IMG/VR virus record: IMGVR_UViG_3300020122_000058
Location: 1-64,000 of that record
Source of the DNA: a virus
Reading direction: 5' to 3' (one strand)
Length of the DNA: 64,000 nt
In this document: positions 8,792 to 16,704 of the stretch, piece after piece
How the letters are laid out: the number at the start of each line of letters is the position of its first letter
Numbering within the stretch: the first letter of the stretch is position 1
Notes under the pieces: generated by a model
Seen by the model: only the letters and a program-made list of their open reading frames with translations
Databases searched by the model: none
Told to the model about the DNA's origin: nothing
Translations under genes and position numbers: made by a program

Positions 8792-9114
8792 GTGGACCAG
8801 CCGATCCTGCACCACAGCACGTGATTGATGCGATCCTGTTCCAGTACCGCCGCAATGTGAAGACGCGCAAGATCGCGAAAGACAACGGTGTGAAGCTGGG
8901 CACGGTCACGTACTACATTCGCAAATTCATAAAGCGCGAAGAGGCACGGCGCTCCACGTTCATCGGCTTCAGTCGTGGCCGACATAGCAGCGCAGAGTCT
9001 TTTGAACATGTCGCGCCGTACAAGGCACCGCCGCACAAGCGTCCACGCACCGGCTCTGCCAGCGGTTTCATACGTCCTTTGGATTACGCCAAACTCACGG
9101 GGAGGAAAGCATGA
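8788..9114 (+). CDS. putative HTH DNA-binding protein
   Basis: 108 aa from ATG 8788 (ATGA overlap). The KTRKIAKDNGVKLGTVTYYIRKF segment looks like a helix-turn-helix. The C-half is basic. Confidence 0.45.
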   Translation: MSGPADPAPQHVIDAILFQYRRNVKTRKIAKDNGVKLGTVTYYIRKFIKREEARRSTFIGFSRGRHSSAESFEHVAPYKAPPHKRPRTGSASGFIRPLDYAKLTGRKA

Positions 9115-9263
9115 GTCAAGATGATCTTGTCTTCTTTACGCTGCTCGCATTCGCAAGCTGCATCGGGTTGCTGATGCTGTACCGCGTTGCCGAAGACTGG
9201 TGGCTGACGCGCCGTCGCAATCATGAGCTCGCCGTGCGTGAGCGCACCTTCAGGAGTTTCTGA
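9111..9263 (+). CDS. small membrane protein (50 aa)
   Basis: ATGA overlap at the start. MSQDDLVFFTLLAFASCIGLLMLY is a TM helix followed by a basic tail. It ends at TGA 9261-9263, which overlaps the next ATG. Confidence 0.45.
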   Translation: MSQDDLVFFTLLAFASCIGLLMLYRVAEDWWLTRRRNHELAVRERTFRSF

Positions 9264-9448
9264 TGGAAGGCAAAAGCGAAGTTGAGATGGCAGGCCAGTT
9301 GAAGATGGAAGCGCGCGGCCTGCTTGATCAGTTGTGCATAGTCATGAACAAGGCGCGGGCGCAGGGCATGATCCTGAATTGGAACATCTCTCCCAACCCG
9401 CTCGGCATGGCCGAAGTGCAGACTGTCACGGTGATGAAACCGCTGTGA
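9263..9448 (+). CDS. hypothetical protein (61 aa)
   Basis: ORF track, translationally coupled on both sides. Confidence 0.45.
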   Translation: MEGKSEVEMAGQLKMEARGLLDQLCIVMNKARAQGMILNWNISPNPLGMAEVQTVTVMKPL

Positions 9449-9618
9449 GCCGTAGCACTGTCAAGTTAACCGGTGATCCCTGCAAGAAGTGCAAAGGGCG
9501 TACCTATTATCGTGACGGAAGATGTGTCCGGTGTGTCGCCATACGGGCTAACAACATGCGAATTCGTGTTCGGGCTGCGGTCAGAGAAGCAATCCGAAGT
9601 CAAGGGAAACCGCTATGA
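9445..9618 (+). CDS. zinc-ribbon protein (57 aa)
   Basis: GTG 9445 overlaps the upstream stop (GTGA). Two CxxC pairs are present (CKKCKG ... CVRCV). Confidence 0.45.
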   Translation: MSRSTVKLTGDPCKKCKGRTYYRDGRCVRCVAIRANNMRIRVRAAVREAIRSQGKPL

Positions 9619-9824
9619 GCGCCAACATGAAATTCAATCGTCAGCGCATGCTGATGGGTGGTGCATATCGTCCCGAAGACATCATGAAGGTGCCAGTGGT
9701 ATTCAAGAACCCTGAGCCGAAGGTAGGCGAGTCGTATTCGCCCACTGCCAACGGCATCTTCGGCACGGGTGGCGTGGGCGCAGCACCAAACGAAGAAGAA
9801 ATCCTAAGGAGTCTGAAGAAATGA
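9615..9824 (+). CDS. hypothetical protein (69 aa)
   Basis: ORF track, with ATGA-type coupling at both ends. Confidence 0.5.
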   Translation: MSANMKFNRQRMLMGGAYRPEDIMKVPVVFKNPEPKVGESYSPTANGIFGTGGVGAAPNEEEILRSLKK

Positions 9825-10189
9825 AGTTCAGCTTCGCGCAGATCAGCATTGTCCTCGGCGTCCTTCTCTCCGGTGGGACGCTGGCTGCCAGCTTGGGCTA
9901 TTCGTGGCCCTGGACTACGGCCCAAGCTGGGGTTGCGATCGACACACGTGAACAGCAGCATTACCGTACCACGGAACAGCAGTTCAAGATCACTGAGAAG
10001 CAAATCGGTGATCTGAGTAACGCCGTTTCTGAGGTGAACATGAATACCAAGGAGATCGTGCTGCTGCAGAAGCGGCAAGCTGCGGTGAACGCGTTGAACG
10101 GTCTCAAGAAGGGTTCACCGGCGTATGTGCTGATCTCTGGCCAGCTTGCCGAGATTGATCACCAATTGAAACAGATGGGTCGCCAATGA
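9821..10189 (+). CDS. N-terminally anchored coiled-coil protein
   Basis: 122 aa. It has a hydrophobic N-terminus (FAQISIVLGVLLSGGTLAASLG) followed by heptad-like sequence. Confidence 0.5.
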   Translation: MKFSFAQISIVLGVLLSGGTLAASLGYSWPWTTAQAGVAIDTREQQHYRTTEQQFKITEKQIGDLSNAVSEVNMNTKEIVLLQKRQAAVNALNGLKKGSPAYVLISGQLAEIDHQLKQMGRQ

Positions 10190-10422
10190 AAACGAAGCAC
10201 TTCGAGGATTTTGCGGTGCACACGCTGCACCATCGTGGCCCGATGACCACGGAAGATCTGCATGCGCATTTCCGCAATGCTGGCAACGGTGATATGGCCG
10301 ACGGCAATATCTCGGATTACACCATGCACGAGCAGGTGCTTCACGATGCCACCGTGAAGATCGGCGATGAAGAAATGAAGCGTTTCGTAAAGGTGGGCAA
10401 CCTATGGAACCTGAACAAGTAG
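10186..10422 (+). CDS. hypothetical protein (78 aa)
   Basis: ORF track, with a coupled start. Confidence 0.5.
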   Translation: MKTKHFEDFAVHTLHHRGPMTTEDLHAHFRNAGNGDMADGNISDYTMHEQVLHDATVKIGDEEMKRFVKVGNLWNLNK

Positions 10423-10673
10423 ATCCGCGCGCTGCGCAAGAGATGATGATCCTGGACTCATTGCCGAAGCGCCTGCAACGGTTCGCTGATCGCGAAAGCA
10501 GGTACGGGGTGAGTGCTGGTGAACTTCTTCTATTTTACCAGCGCTTCAACTGGGACGTGGATGCCACGTTGCAGTTCTTCCGGAATGCAGAAAACAACCT
10601 GACAGCCGCCATCAGAGCAGATCTGGTGAAGTTCGGCCCGCAGGTAGCGAGGTCCATCCGCCGTGCCGCTTGA
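10404..10673 (+). CDS. hypothetical protein (89 aa; start uncertain)
   Basis: ORF track. An alternative start lies at the internal MMILDSL. Confidence 0.45.
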   Translation: MEPEQVDPRAAQEMMILDSLPKRLQRFADRESRYGVSAGELLLFYQRFNWDVDATLQFFRNAENNLTAAIRADLVKFGPQVARSIRRAA

Positions 10674-13101
10674 TCCAGGGTCTTCTGAGAAGGCCATCAG
10701 CCACAACATCGCAGAACTGAAACGTGCGGGCCACCCCACAGATCAGGCTGCGGCCATCGCCTACAAGCAGGCGGGCAAGGACGCTGCGCTCCGTTGTGGT
10801 ACCGCGCTTGACGGTGAAGTCAAAGGCGGTGCCGCTGGCGTGATGCTGATGAATGGCGACGGCAAGATGCTGTTCATCCGCCGCAGTCAAGACGAGAAGA
10901 ATTATGCGGGATACTGGGCGCTGCCCGGTGGCGGTGTTAACACCGGAGAAAGCCACGAGCAGGCGGCTGATCGCGAAGCTACGGAAGAAGTCGGCTACAA
11001 GCCCAACGGTGCGAAGAAGGTTCTGGACCGTGCCCTCACTCCCTTGGGCATTGACTTCCGCACCTTCGTTGCTGGCTGTGATGAATTCACACCGACGCTG
11101 AACCCTGAGCATGATGCGTACACGTGGGCCGATCCTATCAAGCCGCCCAGCCCCTTGCACCCCGGCGTTGAGAAGACGCTGAAAGACCGTGTTGGCGTGA
11201 CGCGCGACATGGATCCTGCGGAATGGGAGCAGATGCGTAGCGCGTTCGTGAAGTGGACGCGCGAGGAAGAGCGTGAGCCGGAGCATGCTGAAGACACTGG
11301 TTCTCACAAGAATGAATTCGTGACGAAGCGTCGCATGGCATGGCATGCAAAGCGCATGGCAGAGCTACAGGGCCAAGGTAAGAGTCGTGAAGAGGCTTCG
11401 CGGCAGGCCATGAAGGAAGCCCAGCAGCAAGACTTCAACTCTGAATGGTTGGAGTACAAGCGTGCGCGTTTCGGCAATAGCGCTGAGGACAGTAGGAAAG
11501 ATGATCTTCGCCGTAAGGCCCTGGAGTACAGGGACCGTGCACAGCAGTTGCACCGGCAGGGTGATCACAGACAGGCCCGTGATCTAGAGGACATGGCCAA
11601 GAATCTGGAACACCGCGCTAGCATGGCTTCAGATCAACGCATTGCTCTTGACTACAATTGTCGCATCGCCCTGGACAAGAACAGTCAGCGCTTCGTGGAC
11701 AAGGATGGGCACCTGCACGTCAAGCACAACCCCATCACCAAGGCCAACGTCGGCGAGTACTATGGCCATGAGATTCCTGAAGAGGACGTGAACGGTCAGC
11801 CGCTGCATCTTGAACCCAATCGGCGTTACCGCTTGCTGCGTCATCCTGATGAATTGGCCAAGGGTGCGCATACGCTCAACGGCAAGCCGTTGCTGATCGT
11901 GCATCAGCCGGTGTCACCTGACGCGCACCCGCACCACAAGACGGTCGGTAGCGTTGGCACCACGGCAGAATGGGATGAACCGTATATCTACAACGACTTG
12001 ACGGTGTGGACCGGTGAAGGTCTGGACGCCATCAACTCCAACAAACAGAAACAGCTTTCCGCGGGTTACAGGTACAAGCCTGAAATGACTCCCGGAACAT
12101 ATCTCGGTACGCCGTATGATGGCATCATGCGCGATATTGAGTTTAACCACGTGGCCCTCGTGGAAGAAGGCAGGGCAGGAGCCGACGTTGTTGTCGGTGA
12201 CAGTGTTCCGAAACCGAAGAACGGAGAAGTATTCATGAAGCCTAATGCAGTATTGACACGGAAAGCGCTCTTCGCGGCTGGCGCTGTCTCTGCCTACCTT
12301 TTGCCGCGCATGGCGCAGGACTCCAGGGTTGATATCACGCCTTGGTTCCGTGGCGTCACTGCGACCAACTTCGCAACGCACGTTCCGAAGATCCTGTCGC
12401 GCGCTGAAAAGCTGAAGCTCGCGAAAGACGCCAACATCGACGACCTGGAAGATCTGCTCGACATGGTCGCCGAGAAGGACGTCGCCGAGGGCGCCGACAC
12501 CGACCCTTCCTCTGGCCTGCCGATGAATGCGGCGGAGATGGAGAAGAAGGCCAAGGACGCTGCGGCCGAGGAAGAAGAGAAGAAGGCCAAGGATCGCAAG
12601 GCACGCGACGAGAAAGGCAAGGAGTTTCTCAAGAGCAAACTCTCTGCCGAAGACATGGCCGCGTACGACGAAATGATGGGCGAAGCCGAAGACGAATCGG
12701 CGGAAGAGAACGGCGAAGGAAAGCCCGCAGCCAAGGACAAGCACGGCATGGACTCTGTGCCGCGCTCGGAAATGGAAAAGGCCATCGCCGAAGCGACGAA
12801 GAATTCCGTCAAGCTGGCCAACGACATTGCAGCGGCACGTGAGTACGTACAGCCGTATGTCGGCAAGCTGGCCATGGACAGCGCCACGTGCCCGGAGGAC
12901 ATTTACAAGGCGGCACTCGGCATTCTGAAAGTGACCACGGACGGTATCCATCCTTCCGCGTTCAAGACCATCCTCGGCATGCAACCGAAGAAGGACCGTG
13001 CCGCACCTGCACCCCGCATCGCGGCGGACGCTTCTGTGACCAAGAAAGGGTTCACGGAGCGTTTCGGGGATTCGCTCGATCACATCGTCGTGAGCGCTTG
13101 A
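10663..13101 (+). CDS. NUDIX hydrolase fused to head scaffold/prohead-protease-like protein (DUF2213-like) with acidic/Lys-rich C-region
   Basis: 812 aa. A perfect NUDIX box, GGGVNTGESHEQAADREATEEVGY, lies at nt 10927-10998. The middle region (DKDGHLHVKHNPITKANVGEYYGHEIPE ... LLRHPDELAKGAHTLNGKPLLIVH) resembles DUF2213/XkdF-like proteins that precede DUF2184 capsids. The C-terminal part is a charged scaffold-like stretch (EEEEKKAKDRKARDEKGKE). Confidence 0.7.
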   Translation: MPLDPGSSEKAISHNIAELKRAGHPTDQAAAIAYKQAGKDAALRCGTALDGEVKGGAAGVMLMNGDGKMLFIRRSQDEKNYAGYWALPGGGVNTGESHEQAADREATEEVGYKPNGAKKVLDRALTPLGIDFRTFVAGCDEFTPTLNPEHDAYTWADPIKPPSPLHPGVEKTLKDRVGVTRDMDPAEWEQMRSAFVKWTREEEREPEHAEDTGSHKNEFVTKRRMAWHAKRMAELQGQGKSREEASRQAMKEAQQQDFNSEWLEYKRARFGNSAEDSRKDDLRRKALEYRDRAQQLHRQGDHRQARDLEDMAKNLEHRASMASDQRIALDYNCRIALDKNSQRFVDKDGHLHVKHNPITKANVGEYYGHEIPEEDVNGQPLHLEPNRRYRLLRHPDELAKGAHTLNGKPLLIVHQPVSPDAHPHHKTVGSVGTTAEWDEPYIYNDLTVWTGEGLDAINSNKQKQLSAGYRYKPEMTPGTYLGTPYDGIMRDIEFNHVALVEEGRAGADVVVGDSVPKPKNGEVFMKPNAVLTRKALFAAGAVSAYLLPRMAQDSRVDITPWFRGVTATNFATHVPKILSRAEKLKLAKDANIDDLEDLLDMVAEKDVAEGADTDPSSGLPMNAAEMEKKAKDAAAEEEEKKAKDRKARDEKGKEFLKSKLSAEDMAAYDEMMGEAEDESAEENGEGKPAAKDKHGMDSVPRSEMEKAIAEATKNSVKLANDIAAAREYVQPYVGKLAMDSATCPEDIYKAALGILKVTTDGIHPSAFKTILGMQPKKDRAAPAPRIAADASVTKKGFTERFGDSLDHIVVSA

Positions 13102-13133
13102 GCAACATCTGAAACCAAAAAGGAACTGAAGCA

Positions 13134-14102
13134 ATGCCTGGAGATTTTCAGGGACAAGTGAATGTTGCTCAGGCACCGGCAGCAATCGGTGACTGGGCTT
13201 CCAAGAATCCCCGCGACTTCTATGACGCCGGTCCCGGCGGTCTGGTTGCTGGGCCGAACGGCTGTCTCGTCGGCCACTTCGCTTGGGCAACTGCCCCGGT
13301 GGATGGTGACGGCGCTGCCAGCGTTGTCAGCAGCACTGGCTTCGGACTGCCGTCTGGCTTCGTGCACCGGCAGCAGCAGGGTCTGATCATCAACTATCTG
13401 GCGTCGTCTGGTCTGACGGTGCAACCCGGCTTCGGCGTTGCGCTCACGATCAAAGGCGATCTCTGGGTGGTGAACAACGGTTCAGGACAAGCCACGCCGG
13501 GGATGAAAGCCTATGCCAACTTCGCGGATGGTTCCGTGACGTTCGCAGCGGCTGGTTCTCCCACTGCGGGCGGCACGTCCACAGCGTCAACTGTCGCGGC
13601 TGGCACCAGCAGCTTCACGGCGTCCATCACGGGCGCAGTGATGCAGGTGACGGCTGTTGGTTCCGGTACGATCTACCCCGGCACTACGATCAGCGGCACC
13701 AGCGTCACCAGCGGCAACCAAGTGGTCTCGCAGATCACGCCGTTGCTGGTTGGTGAAACGACGGGTGGCATTGGCCGGTACAACGTCAGCATCGGCGAGC
13801 AGTCCGTTGCTGCCGGTACCACCATCAGCGGCACCTACGGTCTTCTCACGATCGGCGGCACCGTTGGCGGCACGCCGTATCAGGTTGGCCAGTCCATCAG
13901 CGGCACCAACGTGGTGGCGGGTACCAGCATCCGCGCCAATGGCACCGGCACGGGCGGTGCAGGCACTTACATCGTGGACAACAACACGGTCGTCAGTTCC
14001 ACTGCCATCAACTCGCAGACCAACGTCGAAACGAAATACTACGCGCGCTCTTCCGGTCTCGCCGGTGAGCTCGTGAAAATTTCGCCCACTACGCTGGCAT
14101 AA
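13134..14102 (+). CDS. capsid decoration/cement-like protein carrying two copies of the shared ~55-aa module
   Basis: 322 aa, between the scaffold and the major capsid gene. The N-terminus (FQGQVNVAQAPAAIGDWASKNPRDFY) resembles cement (Gp24-like) proteins by recollection. The C-half carries repeats ending in GTGGAGTYIV. Confidence 0.5.
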   Translation: MPGDFQGQVNVAQAPAAIGDWASKNPRDFYDAGPGGLVAGPNGCLVGHFAWATAPVDGDGAASVVSSTGFGLPSGFVHRQQQGLIINYLASSGLTVQPGFGVALTIKGDLWVVNNGSGQATPGMKAYANFADGSVTFAAAGSPTAGGTSTASTVAAGTSSFTASITGAVMQVTAVGSGTIYPGTTISGTSVTSGNQVVSQITPLLVGETTGGIGRYNVSIGEQSVAAGTTISGTYGLLTIGGTVGGTPYQVGQSISGTNVVAGTSIRANGTGTGGAGTYIVDNNTVVSSTAINSQTNVETKYYARSSGLAGELVKISPTTLA

Positions 14103-14115
14103 GGAGAACGCATCA

Positions 14116-15234
14116 ATGCCTGCATTCAAGTTCAATGACCTCTCCTCGGCGATGACAGCGTGGGAAGAAGATCGCGCCCAGCTTGCTCGTCGTGGTCTGG
14201 TTCTCGAAAACGTCGTTGCCTACCTTCCGGATGAATTCCGTCACAACTACGACGGCGCAATCCGCATGGCACTCGACGCACAGCCTGCAATGTCCACTGC
14301 GCAAAACTCGGCGCTTCCGACGATGCTGACGAGCTACATCGATCCGGAAGTGACGCGTATCATCTTCTCGCTCAACAAGATCGCCAAGATCGCCGGTGAA
14401 GAGAAGAAGGGCGATTGGACGATGGACACGGCGCTGTTCCCGCTCGTGGAACACACCGGTGAAACATCGGCGTATGACGACTACGCTGAGAACGGTTCCA
14501 CCGGCGCGAACGTCAACTGGCCCCAGCGTCAGAACTTCCGGTATCAGACGATGCAGGAATGGGGCGAGTTGGAATTGGAGCGGATGGGCCTCTCCAAACT
14601 CAACTGGGTCGGCGAGCAGGATCAAGCCTGCGCTCTGACCATGAACAAGTACGAAAATCTCGGCTACGCGTTCGGTATCGCTGGGCTGCAGAACTACGGC
14701 TTGCTCAACGATCCCAACCTGCCTGCCAGCATCACGCCAGCGCCCAAGGCATGGGGCGGCAGCAAATGGGTGAACAACGGCGTCGTCGTTGCCACTGCCA
14801 ACGAAATCTTCACCGACATTCAGTCGCTCGTCCTCCAGGCTGTGAACCAGTCCGGCGGCACGGTGACCGAAGAAGATCAGTGCAAGCTGGCGATGGCACC
14901 TGTCGTGAAAGTGGCCATGACGCAGACCAACTCGTTCGGTGTGAACGTGCGTGCGCTGCTGAAGGAAAACTTCCCCGGTCTGGAAGTCGTGGACGCAGTG
15001 CAGTACGGCGTCCTCAATTCCACCAACCCGCAGGGCATCGCGGCTGGCAATCTGGTGCAGTTGATCTTTGACCGCGTGGAAGGGCAGAAGACCGCCCGCT
15101 GTGCGTTCAGCGAGAAGATGCGCAAGCACAAGATCATCCAGGCTACTTCGTCCTGGAAGAACAAGGTGTCCGGCGCATTGTGGGGGACGGTCATCAAGCA
15201 GCCGTTCGCCATTTCGTCCATGCTCGGCGTCTGA
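14116..15234 (+). CDS. major capsid protein (DUF2184/XkdG-like)
   Basis: 372 aa with a strong RBS (aaggag). It follows the scaffold and decoration genes and is followed by a terminator hairpin. The sequence resembles the DUF2184 capsid family by recollection. Confidence 0.75.
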   Translation: MPAFKFNDLSSAMTAWEEDRAQLARRGLVLENVVAYLPDEFRHNYDGAIRMALDAQPAMSTAQNSALPTMLTSYIDPEVTRIIFSLNKIAKIAGEEKKGDWTMDTALFPLVEHTGETSAYDDYAENGSTGANVNWPQRQNFRYQTMQEWGELELERMGLSKLNWVGEQDQACALTMNKYENLGYAFGIAGLQNYGLLNDPNLPASITPAPKAWGGSKWVNNGVVVATANEIFTDIQSLVLQAVNQSGGTVTEEDQCKLAMAPVVKVAMTQTNSFGVNVRALLKENFPGLEVVDAVQYGVLNSTNPQGIAAGNLVQLIFDRVEGQKTARCAFSEKMRKHKIIQATSSWKNKVSGALWGTVIKQPFAISSMLGV

Positions 15235-15253
15235 ACCGGAACGGTTCTCAAAG

Positions 15254-15278
15254 CCCACGCGGAGGAGCGCGTGGGTTT
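15254..15278 (+). terminator. stem-loop after major capsid gene (attenuating terminator)
   Basis: cccacgcg (15254-15261) pairs with cgcgtggg (15268-15275) around the loop gaggag, followed by ttt. Confidence 0.45.
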
Positions 15279-15303
15279 GCATAACCGCTCAACGGAGGAA
15301 CCC

Positions 15304-15813
15304 ATGGCGGACGTACAGCAGCAGCAGGCCCAGCCCAAGGCATCAGCGCCGAAGACTGGTACAGACACGGTGACGGTGGCGCTGAAGCACCCTACCGGCA
15401 TCACGATTGAGCGCTTCGAGAAGATGCCGATTACGGAAGACGTGGTCGGTGGCGGCAAGCGAGAAACGTTCGTCTTCAAGCCGACCGGCGAACGCTTCAC
15501 GATCAACGGCAATGAAGCACCCGTCGGCAAGACGCTGCCGTTTGAAATGTCCAACGGCTACGCGCTCACGCCGGGTGTGCCGCGCGATCTGTGGGAGCAT
15601 TGGCTTGCGCACCACAAGGATAGTCCGTTGGTTGTCAACGGTCTGATCTATGCCAGCGACAGTCGTGGCCGAATTGAAGGCGCGACGAAGGAAGGCATTG
15701 ACAGGCGCACTGGGCTGGAGCGCCTTTCCGTGAAAGACGATCCGCGCACGCCGAAGCATCGCACGCGCAGCGGCAAGTTCGAAGACGTGATGCAGCCGTT
15801 CGTGAAAGACTGA
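15304..15813 (+). CDS. hypothetical head-module protein
   Basis: 169 aa from ATG 15304, preceded by the RBS ggagga (MADVQQQQAQPK...). The 15271 start in the track lies inside the hairpin. Confidence 0.6.
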   Translation: MADVQQQQAQPKASAPKTGTDTVTVALKHPTGITIERFEKMPITEDVVGGGKRETFVFKPTGERFTINGNEAPVGKTLPFEMSNGYALTPGVPRDLWEHWLAHHKDSPLVVNGLIYASDSRGRIEGATKEGIDRRTGLERLSVKDDPRTPKHRTRSGKFEDVMQPFVKD

Positions 15814-15814
15814 C

Positions 15815-16252
15815 ATGTCCAGCGCAGGCGCAGTTACATTTAATTATGCTGCGTGGATAGCACGCTATCCTGAGTTCACGGCTGTGACGCAGCCAACGGC
15901 TCAGATGTACTTTGACGAGGCCACGTTGTACTGCGCCAACGTGGTCGGTCTTGTCAAGACCACTGCACAGCTTTCGGTGTTTCTGAACATGGTGACGGCG
16001 CACATCGCGGCGCTGGCAGCACGCGTGGCAGCGGCGGGGAATAACCCCAGTGCGCCTCCTGGGCGCATCAGCAGCGCAACGGAAGGTTCTGTCACTGCCA
16101 ATTTTGAAGTGGTGGGTGTTCCTGGATCCAAGGATTGGTTTGACCAGACTATCTACGGTCAAGCCTTCTGGCAGGCCACGCTGCGTTACCGCCTGAGCCA
16201 ATATGTCGTTGGCCCCGGTGGACGTGTGCCGCGTCGTGGAAGACTTTGCTGA
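15815..16252 (+). CDS. head-tail connector protein (DUF4054-like)
   Basis: 145 aa. FNYAAWIARYPEFTAV ... MYFDEATLYC matches the DUF4054 N-terminal pattern by recollection. The position fits. Confidence 0.55.
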   Translation: MSSAGAVTFNYAAWIARYPEFTAVTQPTAQMYFDEATLYCANVVGLVKTTAQLSVFLNMVTAHIAALAARVAAAGNNPSAPPGRISSATEGSVTANFEVVGVPGSKDWFDQTIYGQAFWQATLRYRLSQYVVGPGGRVPRRGRLC

Positions 16253-16695
16253 TGGCCACTGTACGAGGAGGCACCAAGTTTGAAGCAGCCCTCAAGTCTC
16301 TGGCGGAGAAGCTGAAGAAAGCAAAGGTGGTGCGTGTCGGTTTTCTTGAAGATGCCACGTATCCTGACGGTACGAAAGTCGCTCTCGTTGCGGCAACCCA
16401 GAACTTCGGTGCCCCCAAGCGGAAAATTCCTCCGCGTCCGTTCTTCTCCAACATGGTGGAAGAACGTCAGAAAGAATGGCCCAAGGCGCTGGCGACAAAT
16501 TTGAAGAACAACGGGTATGACGCTGCGAAGGCGCTGGATCTGGTTGGATTCGGCATTGAAGGCCAACTCAGACAGTCTATCCAGCAAACCAATGAGCCGC
16601 CGTTGAAAGCGGCCACGGTGAAACGGAAGGGCTTCAACAAGCCCCTCATTGATACTAGTCACATGATCAACAGCGTCGACCACGAGGTCGAATAA
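16252..16695 (+). CDS. HK97 gp10-like head-tail/neck protein
   Basis: 147 aa from ATG 16252, which overlaps the upstream TGA. The ending KRKGFNKPLIDTSHMINSVDHEV resembles the gp10-family PLxDTG motif. Confidence 0.5.
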   Translation: MATVRGGTKFEAALKSLAEKLKKAKVVRVGFLEDATYPDGTKVALVAATQNFGAPKRKIPPRPFFSNMVEERQKEWPKALATNLKNNGYDAAKALDLVGFGIEGQLRQSIQQTNEPPLKAATVKRKGFNKPLIDTSHMINSVDHEVE

Positions 16696-16704
16696 GGAGA
16701 AGTC

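Noticed and set aside
11914-13290. Very long antisense ORFs opposite well-supported genes. Examples are 11914-13290(-), 14113-15282(-), 7973-8815(-), 16186-17127(-), 22285-23109(-), 52123-53034(+), 55711-56574(+) and 60240-61142(+).
   Set aside because: Each mirrors a gene with clear family motifs. Their translations are Arg/Gly/His/Ala-rich low-complexity strings with no RBS context. GC-rich third positions on the true strand suppress stops on the opposite strand.
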